Source: Paraspadella gotoi
Taxonomy: Eukaryota > Animalia > Chaetognatha
Assembly (NCBI GenBank): GCA_051294375.1
Contig: JBJCIZ010001124.1
Coordinates: 1 to 11,202, forward strand
Direction: 5' to 3'
Length of the DNA: 11,202 nt
How positions within the stretch are numbered: the stretch's first letter is position 1; every line of letters begins with the position of its first letter. Shown piece by piece: positions 1 through 9,290 of this stretch. Position numbers and translations under genes: made by a program. The notes under the pieces were generated by a model. The model was not told where the DNA came from. It searched no databases and worked only from the letters and a program-made list of their open reading frames with translations.

Positions 1-28
1 AAGTATACAAAACATGAGTAAAACATTC

Positions 29-241
29 TTAATATTTGGTGTGCCCTTCCTCGGCATCGACTACTGCCTGCATTTGTCTTGGCATGCTCTCATACAGAAA
101 ATTGAGGTATGACAGTGAAATATTTTTCCACATCTTTAAGACAATTCTTTTTAGACCAAATGTTGATGTTACATATCTTTCTAAAAGGTATAATAGCAAT
201 TTTTTGAACCAAAAAAGGTGCAAGGCCTTTAGCATAGCCAA
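29..241 (-). mobile_element. Tc1/mariner (Tc1-like) transposase C-terminal remnant
   Basis: The ORF ends LKRIVLKMWKNISLSYLNFLYESMPRQMQAVVDAEEGHTKY*, matching the typical Tc1 C-terminus pattern W..I....L..SMP.R...V..A.G..TKY. Similarity covers about 29-175. No DDE core lies upstream, so it is a truncated relic. Confidence 0.75.
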
Positions 242-533
242 ATTAAAAAAAAAACAAAAAAATAACTAACTCTATTCGAAATAAAAACAAATAACTAAAT
301 ATCAAAAAACTAAATATGATTTTTTTCACCATTTTTCATTTAAATTAACAATATTATTTGACCGGTAATTTCTAAACAATTTGACCTACAAAAAAATGAA
401 AGGAAGCTACTGAAAAAAAATTTAATGTATATTTAGAAACATTCTGATTTTTTAAAAAACAAGTTTTTGGATCGATATACTTTTTTTCTAGATAGTATAT
501 ATAATATATATTTGACTATTTGAACACCAATTG

Positions 534-890
534 CTCATGAGTGGATGGGGCGATTGACATGAAATTTTATACGTGGATAGGAAAGTGTGTGATTAAGCTG
601 GAAATCAAGTTTCGATTGAATCGTTTGGGTGGAAATGAGTTTAAATGGAAAAAATTAAAAAAACGTTTTTCACTAATTGATTATGCATCTTTTTCTTTTT
701 ATAGTAAATGTGAATGCAAGATGTATTAAATAATCAAATAATTAATTAGTTAATTAATCAATTAGTCAATTAATTCAATATTAATTAATTAAGCAGTCAA
801 TCGTTAGCGGTATTATTTTCATCGTCATCATTGCTTTTGTCGTGGTTAGTGACGAAAAGACCTAAAAACAAACATTTCGGATAAAATTAA
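534..890 (+). repeat. Dispersed repeat copy A, DINE-1/Helentron-associated (HINE)-like
   Basis: Aligns by eye with 2620-2890 (gattaagctggaaatcaagtttcgat...gaaatgagtt..aaatggaaaaa...gcaagatgtatta...aaacatt(t)cggata) and with 1550-1660. Contains cgattgacatgaaatttt, resembling the DINE-1-type core. The family assignment is inference. Confidence 0.6.
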
Positions 891-1359
891 TTAATTAATT
901 GCCTAATTAATTAATTAATTAATTTAAATTATTTAATTATTAAACAATTATTACCGAAAATAATTTTAAAAAATTATTACAGTTAGACCAAAGATATAAA
1001 ACATGTTATCAAAAGTTATAATTTTTTTCACGCTCTTGTTATCAAAAATTATGATTTCTTCAGGGTCAAAAATGAAAAAAGTCATCGATGATTGAAAATG
1101 CCAAAAAATGACCGATGTCCAAAACGGACCGAGATAGAGAGAAAAATGACCCCAAAAAAGGACAAATAACAAGGCGAATTTCACTTCAGTAGTAGAAACT
1201 ATTATATCATGAAACATTTTACTCATTTTTCGCAGCTTTAACATAAAAATATCATAAAACATAGTTTACAAAAGTTTCTTAGTTTTTTCCGACGATTCCG
1301 AAACCGTTCTTAAAATAAAAAATAAAAAATTTTTGAAATTTTAAGTATAAATACAATTC

Positions 1360-1400
1360 CCGGCTCTATAATTCACTTTGTCGGTCCGTCGGTCCGCCCC
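1360..1400 (+). repeat. Short (GTCG/GTCC)-type microsatellite-bearing repeat fragment
   Basis: cggctctataattcactttgtcggtccgtcggtccgccc; resembles the 5' ends of GTCN-microsatellite non-autonomous Helentron-like elements of invertebrates. Confidence 0.35.
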
Positions 1401-1474
1401 ATAAATCTTGTCGGTAAATCACTTAAATCATGTCGGAACATCGAATTATGATATATTATGTAACAAAAATCGAT

Positions 1475-1670
1475 GTTTGTCTGTCTGTCCGTTCGTCCGT
1501 CCCGCGTTAGCATTAAACAGTAAACTCCAATTACTCCTGACTCACGAGTCATGAGTGTATCAGACGATTGATCTGAAATTTTGGGTATGGGTTTGATTGA
1601 GCTGGAAATCGTCTGAGTTGAAATGAGTTTAAATGCAACAAATAAAAAAAACCTACTTCACCATTTGATT
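1475..1670 (+). repeat. Dispersed repeat copy C with (GTCY)n tract, DINE-1/HINE-like
   Basis: gtttgtctgtctgtccgttcgtccgtcc is followed by a palindrome (tgactc-ac-gagtca, 1538-1551) and cgattgatctgaaattttggg...gattgagctggaaatc...gaaatgagtttaaatg, shared with copies A and B. A GTCY microsatellite plus this core is the DINE-1 layout. Confidence 0.6.
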
Positions 1671-1931
1671 TTGCTTTTTAGTCGGATCAGCAGATTTAAA
1701 ACCAAATTCCGACCTTTTTTCATAATATTTTTATATTTTTGGATAGAGAATGACTGGAATGATGTAAATCTTCAGTTACGTCTAATTTGGCCTGTGGGTT
1801 TAGAAGAAATCGACAAAAAAAGCAAAATTCCTCTCCCTTTTTTCAACATTCTCGCCTTTTAAGATTTTCGCCGATTCTGACTTCCTCTTACAAACTTATC
1901 ATTCCGCTAGTTAATTATCGAGCCAGGACCG

Positions 1932-1964
1932 GTGATTGAGCTGGATATAAAGTTTCGATGGCAA
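1932..1964 (+). repeat. Short fragment of the same dispersed repeat, abutting the inverted duplication breakpoint
   Basis: gtgattgagctggatataaagtttcgat vs gtgattaagctggaaatcaagtttcgat in copy A. Confidence 0.5.
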
Positions 1965-2079
1965 TGTTTGTAAGTAGAAAGATCCAGATTAGCTGATTGG
2001 AAAACCAACAGCGACCAAAGTCGCGAAAAGTTTAGACCAATTTAATATTTTGTTTCAAAGATGAAAAAACCTCGTTGAG
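1965..2079 (-). pseudogene. Frameshifted mirror copy of the 8990-9103 exon (likely noisy read copy, not a true pseudogene)
   Basis: The reverse complement contains the same acceptor and cttttcgcgactttggtcgc...ggatctttc, with many 1-nt insertions. It stops one base short of the exon end. Confidence 0.6.
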
Positions 2080-2266
2080 CTGCAGAGAAAGAGAGAAGAG
2101 TAGGATAGAGAATGCAGAAAATGAAACTTTGCCACATTAGTGATCAACCATAAGACGATTTTATACTAAGTTTCATAGCTCATGGTTTTGATCACAGGAC
2201 TATAATGCTAGTCGGGCATTGCATTTAAGTTCACCCCGCCTATAAGCAACAACCTCTTCGCGTTGT

Positions 2267-2445
2267 GACCCGGTGGCTTATTGAAGCCTAAAACCATAAG
2301 CTCATGACCACTAGCGTACGCGGCTTCAATCCCAACCCGGCACTTACCCTGCCGAAAGCGTGGGACAAGGAAAACCCTCTCAAGCCTTCTTGTTTCCCAT
2401 AACAATCCAGTACGAATGCACTCTTCAGCCCCTACTTAGGCGCTT
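2267..2445 (+). mobile_element. tRNA-derived SINE-like element (mirror of 8650-8814)
   Basis: Head 2267-2342 has an A-box-like tggcttattga, an anticodon-loop-like ctcatga and a B-box-like ggcttcaatccc, followed by a GC-rich body. Confidence 0.45.
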
Positions 2446-2619
2446 ATCAGCTATACATAGCCGAAAATAAAGTTTACTGCGGCGCAACCACATCGGATGC
2501 GACCGATCTTGTTTCCATAAAATCATTTACTTGCATTGATTTTCATCGCAACTTATAGAGAAGCTGAATCAACCACTTTCTTTCACACACAAAATTTTAT
2601 CTCGTTAATTATGCAATTC

Positions 2620-2960
2620 TGAATACCTGACCTTAAAATTTTGTATCGTGGGTAGTAAAGTATTGATTAAGCTGGAAATCAAGTTTCGATAGAATCGTTG
2701 TGTGAAATGAGTTGAAATGGAAAAACAAAAAAAACCTGTTTCACTAATGAATATGCTTCTTTTTCTTTTTATATTAAATGTAAACGCAAGATGTATTAAT
2801 TAATCAAATAGTTAATCAGTTAATTAAACAACTTAAACAAAAATAATTAATCAGTTAATTAACTCAATCAAAACAAAACATTCGGATATTAAATAATCTA
2901 ATGACCGATAATGATCGTGGCCCAGAATTCCGCATTGCTTGCCCTCAATAAGCCGTGTAT
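2620..2960 (+). repeat. Dispersed repeat copy B, DINE-1/HINE-like (mirrored at ~8150-8480)
   Basis: Direct similarity to 534-890. Ends in a short GC-richer stretch (gatcgtggc...ataagccgt). Confidence 0.6.
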
Positions 2961-3919
2961 AAAATTCTAAATTAACTTTTAATTAAATTCTAAAAGTGAG
3001 GACTCCAACAACATATATACTCAGATGGAATATTTATGCAATAAAAAAATTTAGAATATCAAATTTTACAATTTACGCAGTAGGCCATTATTTATTACTC
3101 AGTATAAAACCAAACTAAATGTTAAAAATTTCAAAACAGTTTTTCCAAGACTTTTTGCAAACCCGATTTGATTCGTTCATAAAAAGTGATCAAAAAGAAA
3201 TATAATTCTTTTTGAAAAATTCTTCATAAGTGCGGTTAAAAGTTAGAAAAAGCTAATATTTTAAGCTGAAAATAACCTTCTTTATATATTAATATTAGTT
3301 TTTTTAATTTTAACCCACTTAATGAAAAGCAATTTTTTAAAAATGATTTATATTTTCTTTTAGGCCCAGCCTTTTGACGAGGAATCCAAATCTGCAATCA
3401 AAATTAAAGAAAAGCCCTATTTTGAAATTTTTACGATTTTATTAAGGATAGTACTATATATAAATATAGCTTACTGCAAAAATTAAAAAACATAAAATAA
3501 ATTTTTTTTACAAAGTTAATGCTGTGCAGCTGATGCGTGTGGTGTTCATAAATTGACAAATTTAGAATTTCGTTATGTAACTCTTCACTTACGTCTTAGT
3601 TGCTCAACAAACTTACAAACAAAAAATTACAAAACGGGATTACGGTATGTCTAGCATTTATAAAAGGTACTTCGAATTATGAGATTCCACCAGATTTTCA
3701 ACCTCATTTGAACTGATGAACAAAAGACTTCAGTCTTATTTCAATTGAAAACAAAATAGGAATCTAAATTGATACTTAATCACACTCTCTAATAAAACAA
3801 TTTTGATTTTTATCACGCCCACTTTTTTACCTTAATATAAAATCCCAAATTTATTTCCGAGATTTTCGTGGATTTTTATTTTTTTCCTTCTGAAAACTTC
3901 TTTATCTTATTTTGTATAT

Positions 3920-3997
3920 TCTCTCTATAGTTCTCTCTCAATCACTCTCTGTCTCTCTCTGTCTCTCTTCTCTCACTCTTTCTCTCTCTCTCTCTCT
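3920..3997 (+). repeat. Imperfect (TC)n microsatellite (mirrored as (GA)n at ~7101-7175)
   Basis: Seen directly in the sequence. Confidence 0.9.
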
Positions 3998-4021
3998 AAT
4001 TAACTCATCACGTCATTTGAC

Positions 4022-4269
4022 TGACTAGCATCGCATCAATGAATGACTATTTCATCGCCATTCAATGAATGATTATCATCCGATCAATGAAAGGACAATC
4101 ATCGCATAATGATAATTATCATCACATCAATGAATGACTAGTATCGCCATCCCTATCATTTGGTATCCATCGCCATTCAATACCTTCGATTATCATCGCA
4201 TTCAATCATTTTCGGTTTTCCATAGCATCAAATTGGTTATCATTGCATACATATTTGGTCTAATCATCA
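4022..4269 (+). repeat. Degenerate ~22-bp minisatellite, about 11 units (mirror ~6864-7082)
   Basis: Unit approximately tgaytatcatcgcatcaatgaa, repeated head to tail and drifting to tggttatcat... at the 3' end. Confidence 0.8.
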
Positions 4270-4953
4270 AAAGTCAGGGCTCAATTCCCTATTGCTTTTA
4301 AGATTTTTGTTTTTTATTTTACCGCAATTATCAAAAAATAAAAAATTATAAATTGAAAATAAAAACTATTGCTCTCTTGTTAGATATTGACACTTTTCCG
4401 TCTTTTACTTTTTCCAGGTTTATGATTTTACATTTTGCAATCCTTGAACGTCTTAACGTTTATTTTTATACTTCTTATGAATATGTTCATTAACATTAAT
4501 TAATGATTTAAAAAAAAAAAAGGTCAAATGCATATTTGCAAATCTACTAATTTGTAAAATAATTTATCACAACTGTAATAATTATTAAATTAAAAAAAAA
4601 TATAAATATATTACACGAAAACTATTAAAAATAATAGTACAAATATCAGAATAACACAAGGAATTCATTTTACTATATCTCTCTTCTCTCATCGGATGCC
4701 AGGAGCAATAGCACGCCTCCCTTGTCGTCGCCTTGCATTTAAGAGGGACGTGTGCGCTTAACCGCCAGAGTACACTATGGACGAAGCTCAGGGACTGCTC
4801 TATATTGAACGGTTCTGTCATTAGCACATAAAATATTACTGTCTCTTCAATATAAAACAAATAAAATGGCATACAAAATTTCAATCTATCCTTCACTGCC
4901 CTCACTAATGAAACTGATAACTAGATAGTTAAAAATGAAAAGAGCCGCCATGT

Positions 4954-5250
4954 AAAAAAAATTATGCAAGTGAAAAATAGCCAAGATGGAAAATAATGAA
5001 AGTTAAAAAAATTATGCACAGTGAAAAAAATTTATGCAAGTTAAAATATATGCCTAAGTAAAAAATATGCCTAGTGAAAAAAAAATTATGCCTTAGGTTA
5101 AAAAAATTATATGCAAGCTGAAAAAAATTATGCAAGTTTAAAAAAAATTTATACAAGTTGAATATAAATAGCAAGGAAAAAATTATAGCAAGCTTGAAAA
5201 AAGACAAGATTGGAAAATGTATGCAAGTTAAAAAAATTATGCAAACTAAC
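4954..5250 (+). repeat. Degenerate ~18-20 bp A-tract minisatellite, about 16 units
   Basis: Unit approximately aaaaaaattatgcaagtk; it explains the spurious ORF 4962-5300. Confidence 0.85.
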
Positions 5251-5791
5251 AAATAATACCAGTGAAAAATAATAAAAATTAAAGAAAAGCAACCATTCAA
5301 AAAAAAAAATAATCTATTATATTCCGCAGTAAAAGTTTTGAGTTTAAGCCCTGAAAGCGATTATTACTATGTATTGGCGCAGCCACTGTTATATGTAAGC
5401 TTCACTTCATAGAAGTGCAGCGAGAATAGAGAGTGGCAACCTAGATATGATGCGCACGAACAACAACGACGACGACGACGCGCTAAGTTCACAAAACAGA
5501 ATCAGAAGACAGTAGCGACGAGAGAAAAGAGTGAGAGACGAGAGCCGGAACAATATACGTTTAGAAAGAGAGAGAGGGAAGCTTGAACAAGCCCCTTTAC
5601 TCGTCCGGTTAGCGCCGGAGGATAGCGCGAGCTCATCCCAATCCAAAGACCGGGTTTGCGCCCTGCTGATCACAAAAAGAATAGCAAAAAAAAAAAAAAA
5701 CTTTAAATAAAAATACTTCAAGCTAAAATATGACTTTTGTTCTTTTTCTTCACTTACACCTCCATTTCCACTCCGCCATGATTTCCATCGA

Positions 5792-5816
5792 NNNNNNNNN
5801 NNNNNNNNNNNNNNNN
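5792..5816. other. Assembly gap, 25 N
   Basis: 25 N counted. Confidence 0.99.
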
Positions 5817-6269
5817 AAATAAAATTGTTTTATTAGAGTGTGATTAAGTATCAATTTACTTTCTATTTTGTTTTCAATTGAAATAAGACTGAAGTCTTTT
5901 GTTCATCTAGTTCAAAATGAGGTTGAAAATCTGGTGGAATCTCATAATTCGAAGTACCATTTATAATGCTAACATACCGTAATCCCGTTTGTAATTTTGT
6001 TTGTAGTTTGAGCAATAAGACGTAGTGAAAGTTACATACGAAAATTCTAAATGTCAATTATGAACAACATACCATCAGTGAACATTAATTTGTAAAAAAA
6101 ATTTATTTTATGTTTTTTAATTTTTGCAGTAAGCTATATTTATATATAGTACTATCCTTATAAAATGTAAAAATTTCAAAATAGGCTTTTCTTTATTTTG
6201 ATTGCAGATTTGGATTCCTCGTCAAAAGCTGCTAAAAGAAAATATAAATCATTTTTAAAAATTCTTTCA
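5817..6269 (+). repeat. Third copy of a ~450-bp segment, isolated between two gaps
   Basis: Direct copy of ~7283-7750 and inverted copy of ~3323-3808. Confidence 0.95.
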
Positions 6270-6294
6270 NNNNNNNNNNNNNNNNNNNNNNNNN
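6270..6294. other. Assembly gap, 25 N
   Basis: 25 N counted. Confidence 0.99.
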
Positions 6295-6305
6295 AAGAGA
6301 GAGAT
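6295..6305 (+). other. Probable PacBio SMRTbell adapter remnant
   Basis: aagagagagat equals the last 11 nt of the adapter orientation ATCTCTCTCAACAACAACAACGGAGGAGGAGGAAAAGAGAGAGAT (recalled). It lies exactly between the gap and the first base of the right arm and has no counterpart in the left arm. Confidence 0.7.
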
Positions 6306-8583
6306 CATTTTATTTGTTTTATATTGAAGAGACAGTAATAATATTATGTGTAATGAAGAACGTTAATATAAGCAGTCCCTGAGCTTCGCCATGTTACTGG
6401 CGGTTAAGCGCCACGTCCCTCTTAAATGCAAGGGCGACGAAAGGGAGGCGAATGATTGCCTCCGGCACTGAGAGAAGAGAGATATATAAAATGATATTCT
6501 TTGTTATTCTGAATTTGTACTATTATAATTTATAAATAGTTTTTCGTGTAATATTTTATATATTTTTTTAATTAATAATTATTACAGTTGTGATAAATAT
6601 TTAAATTAGTAGATTGCAAATATGCATTTGCCTTTTTTTTTTTTAAATCATTAATTAATGGTTATGAACTATTAAAGAAGTATAAAATAAACGTTAAGAC
6701 GTTCAAGGATCAAAATGTAAAAATCATAAACCGGAAAAAGTAAAGACGAAAATGTCAATATCAAGAGAGCAATAGTTTTTATTTTCATTTATAATTTTTT
6801 ATTTTTGATAATGCGTAAAATAAAACAAAAATCTTAAAAGCAATAGGGATTGAGCCTGACTTTTGATGATAACCAAATATGATGCAATGATAACCAATTG
6901 ATGCTAGAACCAAATATTGAATGCGATGATAATCGGAAGGATTGTATGCGATGAACAAATGATGGATGCGATACTAGTATTCATTGATGTGATGATAATT
7001 ATCATTATGCGATGATTGTCTTATTGTCGGATGATATCATTCATTGGCGATGATGTCATCATTGATGCGATGCTAGTCAGTCTGACGTGATGAGTTAATT
7101 AGAGAGAGAAGAGAGAAAGATGAGAGAAGAGAGAACGAGAGAGACAGAGAGTGATTGAGAGAGACTATAGAGAGAATTAAAATAATATAAAAGTTTTCAG
7201 AAGGAAAAAAATAAAAATCCACGAAAATCGTCGGAAATAAATTTGGGATTTTATATTAAGAAAAAAGTGGCGTGAATAAAAATCAAAATTGTTTTATTAG
7301 AGTGTGATTAAGTATCAATTTTAATTCTATTTTGTTTTCAATTGAAATAAGACTGAAGTCTTTTGTTCATCAGTTATCAAATGAGGTTGAAACATCTGGT
7401 GGAATCTCAAATTCGAAGTACCTCAGTTTATAATGCTAAACATACCGTAATCCCGTTTTGTAATTTTGTTTGTAGTTTTTGAGCAATAAGACGTAGTGAA
7501 AGTTACGACATACGAAAATTCTAAATGTCAATTATGAACACATACGCTCAGTGACATTATTTGTAAAAAAAATTTATTTTATGTTTTTTAAATTTTTGCA
7601 GTAAGCTAATTTTATATATAGTACTATCCTTATAAAAATGTAAAAATTTCAAAAATATAGGCTCTTTTCTTTATTTTGATTGCTATATTTGGTTCGCTCA
7701 CGTCAAAAGCTGCTAAAAGAAAATATAAATCATTTTTAAAAATTCTTTCATTTAAGTAGGGTTAAAATTTAAAAAACTATATTTAATTATAATAAAAGTA
7801 TATTTTCATGCTTAAAATATAGTGCTTTTTCTAATTTTATAACCCACCGTACATTGAACTGTCAGACCCGACGATTATGCAAGCACTTTATTTTTCCAAA
7901 AGAATCATATATTTTCTTTTTATCTTACTTTTTATGAACGAGATCTAATCGCCCAAGTTCAAAAGTCTTGGAAAAACTGTTTTGAAATTTTTAACATTTA
8001 TTGTTTAGTACTAGTATAAAAATGGCCTACTGCGTAAATTGTAAAATTTATTCTAAATTTTTCTTATTACCATAAATATTCATTAGTATAATGTTGTTCG
8101 AGATCCTCACTTTTAGAAATTTAAATTAAAGTTAAATTTAGAATTTTACTACGGCTTATTGAGCAAGCAATGTCGGATCTGCCACGATCATTATCGGGTA
8201 ATTAATTACAGTTAATCCGAATGTTTGTTTGATTGATTACATTAACTGATTAATTATTTTTGTTTAATTGTTTAATTAACTGATTAACTATTTGATTAAT
8301 TAATAACTCTTGCGTCTTACATACATTTAATATAAAAAGAAAAAGAAGCATATTCAATTAGTGAAACAGGTTTTTTTGTTTTTTTCCATTTCAACTCATT
8401 TCCACGATTCTATCGAAACTTGATTTCCAGCTTAATCACATACTTTACTACCCACATACAAAATTTAAGGTCAGGTATTCAGAATTGCATAAATTAACTG
8501 AGATAAAATTTTGTGTGTAAGAAAGTGGTTGATTAAGCTCTCTATAAAGTTGCGATGAAATCATGCAAGTAAAATGATTTTTA

Positions 8584-8622
8584 ATGGAAACAAGATCGGT
8601 CCATCCGATGTGTTGCGCCGCA
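8584..8622 (+). CDS. Candidate first coding exon (METRSVHPMCCAA) of the I29/cathepsin-like gene
   Basis: ATG at 8584, 13 codons, then GTAACT in phase 0, compatible with the phase-0 exon at 8990. The donor is weak, the sequence is noisy and the mirror copy has indels here. Confidence 0.25.
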
Positions 8623-8649
8623 GTAACTTATTTTCGCATGTATACGGAT

Positions 8650-8814
8650 AAGGCGCTAAGTAGGGCTGAAGAGTGCTATTCGTAACTGGGATTGGAACAA
8701 GGCTTGAGGGTTTTCCTTGCTCCCACGCTTCCGGCAGGGTAAGTGCCGGGTTGGGATTGAACCCGGTACCTAGTGGTCATGAGCTTATGGTTTTACTCAA
8801 TAAGCCACCGGGTC
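8650..8814 (-). mobile_element. tRNA-derived SINE-like element
   Basis: Minus strand 8814-8744 reads GACCCGG TGGCTTATTGAGTAAAAC CATAAG CTCATGA CCACTAGGTACC GGGTTCAATCCC AACCCGGCA. A and B boxes have tRNA spacing and CAT sits at the anticodon position, but the stems pair poorly. A GC-rich body follows. Confidence 0.5.
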
Positions 8815-8989
8815 ACAACCGAAAGGGTTGTGCTTATAGGCGGGGTGAACTTATGCAATGCCCGACTACATGTATATCCCTGTGATCACATGACTATGAA
8901 ACTTAGGTATAACAACCGTCTTATGGTTGATCACTACTGTGCAAAGTTTCATTTCTCATTCTCTATCCTACTCTTTCTCTTTCTCTCAG

Positions 8990-9103
8990 CTCACGAAGGT
9001 TTTTCAATCTTTGAAACCAAAAAATATTAATTCTAAACACCTTTTCGCGACTTTGGTCGCTTTGGTTTCCATCACTATCTGGATCTTTCTCACTTACAAA
9101 CAG
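8990..9103 (+). CDS. Coding exon: basic segment plus ~19-aa hydrophobic helix (signal anchor or signal peptide)
   Basis: Long pyrimidine tract and CAG acceptor ending 8989; 114 nt open frame LTKVFQSLKPKNINSKHLFATLVALVSITIWIFLTYKQ; CAG|GTGAGT donor at 9104; phase 0 matches the next exon. Confidence 0.7.
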
Positions 9104-9290
9104 GTGAGTTAGAGAGAGTTTGTTTCAGAGTGCGCCAGTACTAAAGGGGATATTGATAAACATTCCCGAAAACTTTTAATGCTCTCGCAAGAAAATTTGT
9201 TATCAGACTACCACTTTGATTAGGAAGTTGCCTTTCGTTGTACCATTGATCAGTAAAACCTTTTTTTTCAATTGTTTTTTTTTATCCCAG

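Larger units (their letters stand above)
1965..4868. repeat. Left arm of ~2.9 kb inverted duplication (probable assembly artefact)
   Basis: Reverse complement of 6306-9102 throughout: tgtttgtaag at 1965 mirrors cttacaaaca ending 9102, and caaataaaatg ending 4868 mirrors cattttatttg at 6306. Differences are mostly single-base indels. Confidence 0.95.
6306..9102. repeat. Right arm of the inverted duplication (continuous with the cathepsin-like gene)
   Basis: Reverse complement of 1965-4868. It runs on into an intact splice donor at 9104. Confidence 0.95.

Noticed and set aside
2197-2213. Group I intron P7 (GACTA/TAGTC on the minus strand)
   Set aside because: The two strands are only 6 nt apart, leaving no room for P3/P8, and the motif is not preserved in the mirror copy.
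3708-3760. Hammerhead ribozyme (CTGATGA...GAAA)
   Set aside because: Stem II is not closed next to GAAA, and no stems I/III with a UH site can be formed.
4022-4269. CRISPR-like array
   Set aside because: Units are contiguous and degenerate with no unique spacers; no cas genes; eukaryotic context.
4222-4292. Second tRNA-like element (gggctcaattccc)
   Set aside because: The A-box-like part belongs to the minisatellite, and the B-box match is weaker in the mirror copy.
5458-5480. Garbled SMRTbell adapter (aacaacaacgacgacg)
   Set aside because: The match is limited to a simple repeat and lacks the GGAGGAGG and ATCTCTCTC parts.
8660-8705. Hammerhead ribozyme (CTGAAGAG + short stem)
   Set aside because: GAAA does not follow stem II in either copy.
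8744-8814. Functional tRNA-Met gene
   Set aside because: Acceptor, anticodon and T stems pair poorly; treated as SINE-like or pseudo-tRNA.
541-8885. Short ORFs from the track (e.g. 541-729, 966-1262, 1623-1862, 2208-2405, 4585-4905, 4962-5300, 5407-5721, 5863-6057, 8673-8885)
   Set aside because: They are low-complexity or repeat-derived, show no recognisable motifs, and their frames are not preserved between duplicate copies.
1965-9102. Giant foldback transposon or hairpin-RNA locus silencing the cathepsin-like gene
   Set aside because: Indel-dominated differences, 25-N gaps and the adapter-like scar fit an artefact better; no TSD or transposase seen.
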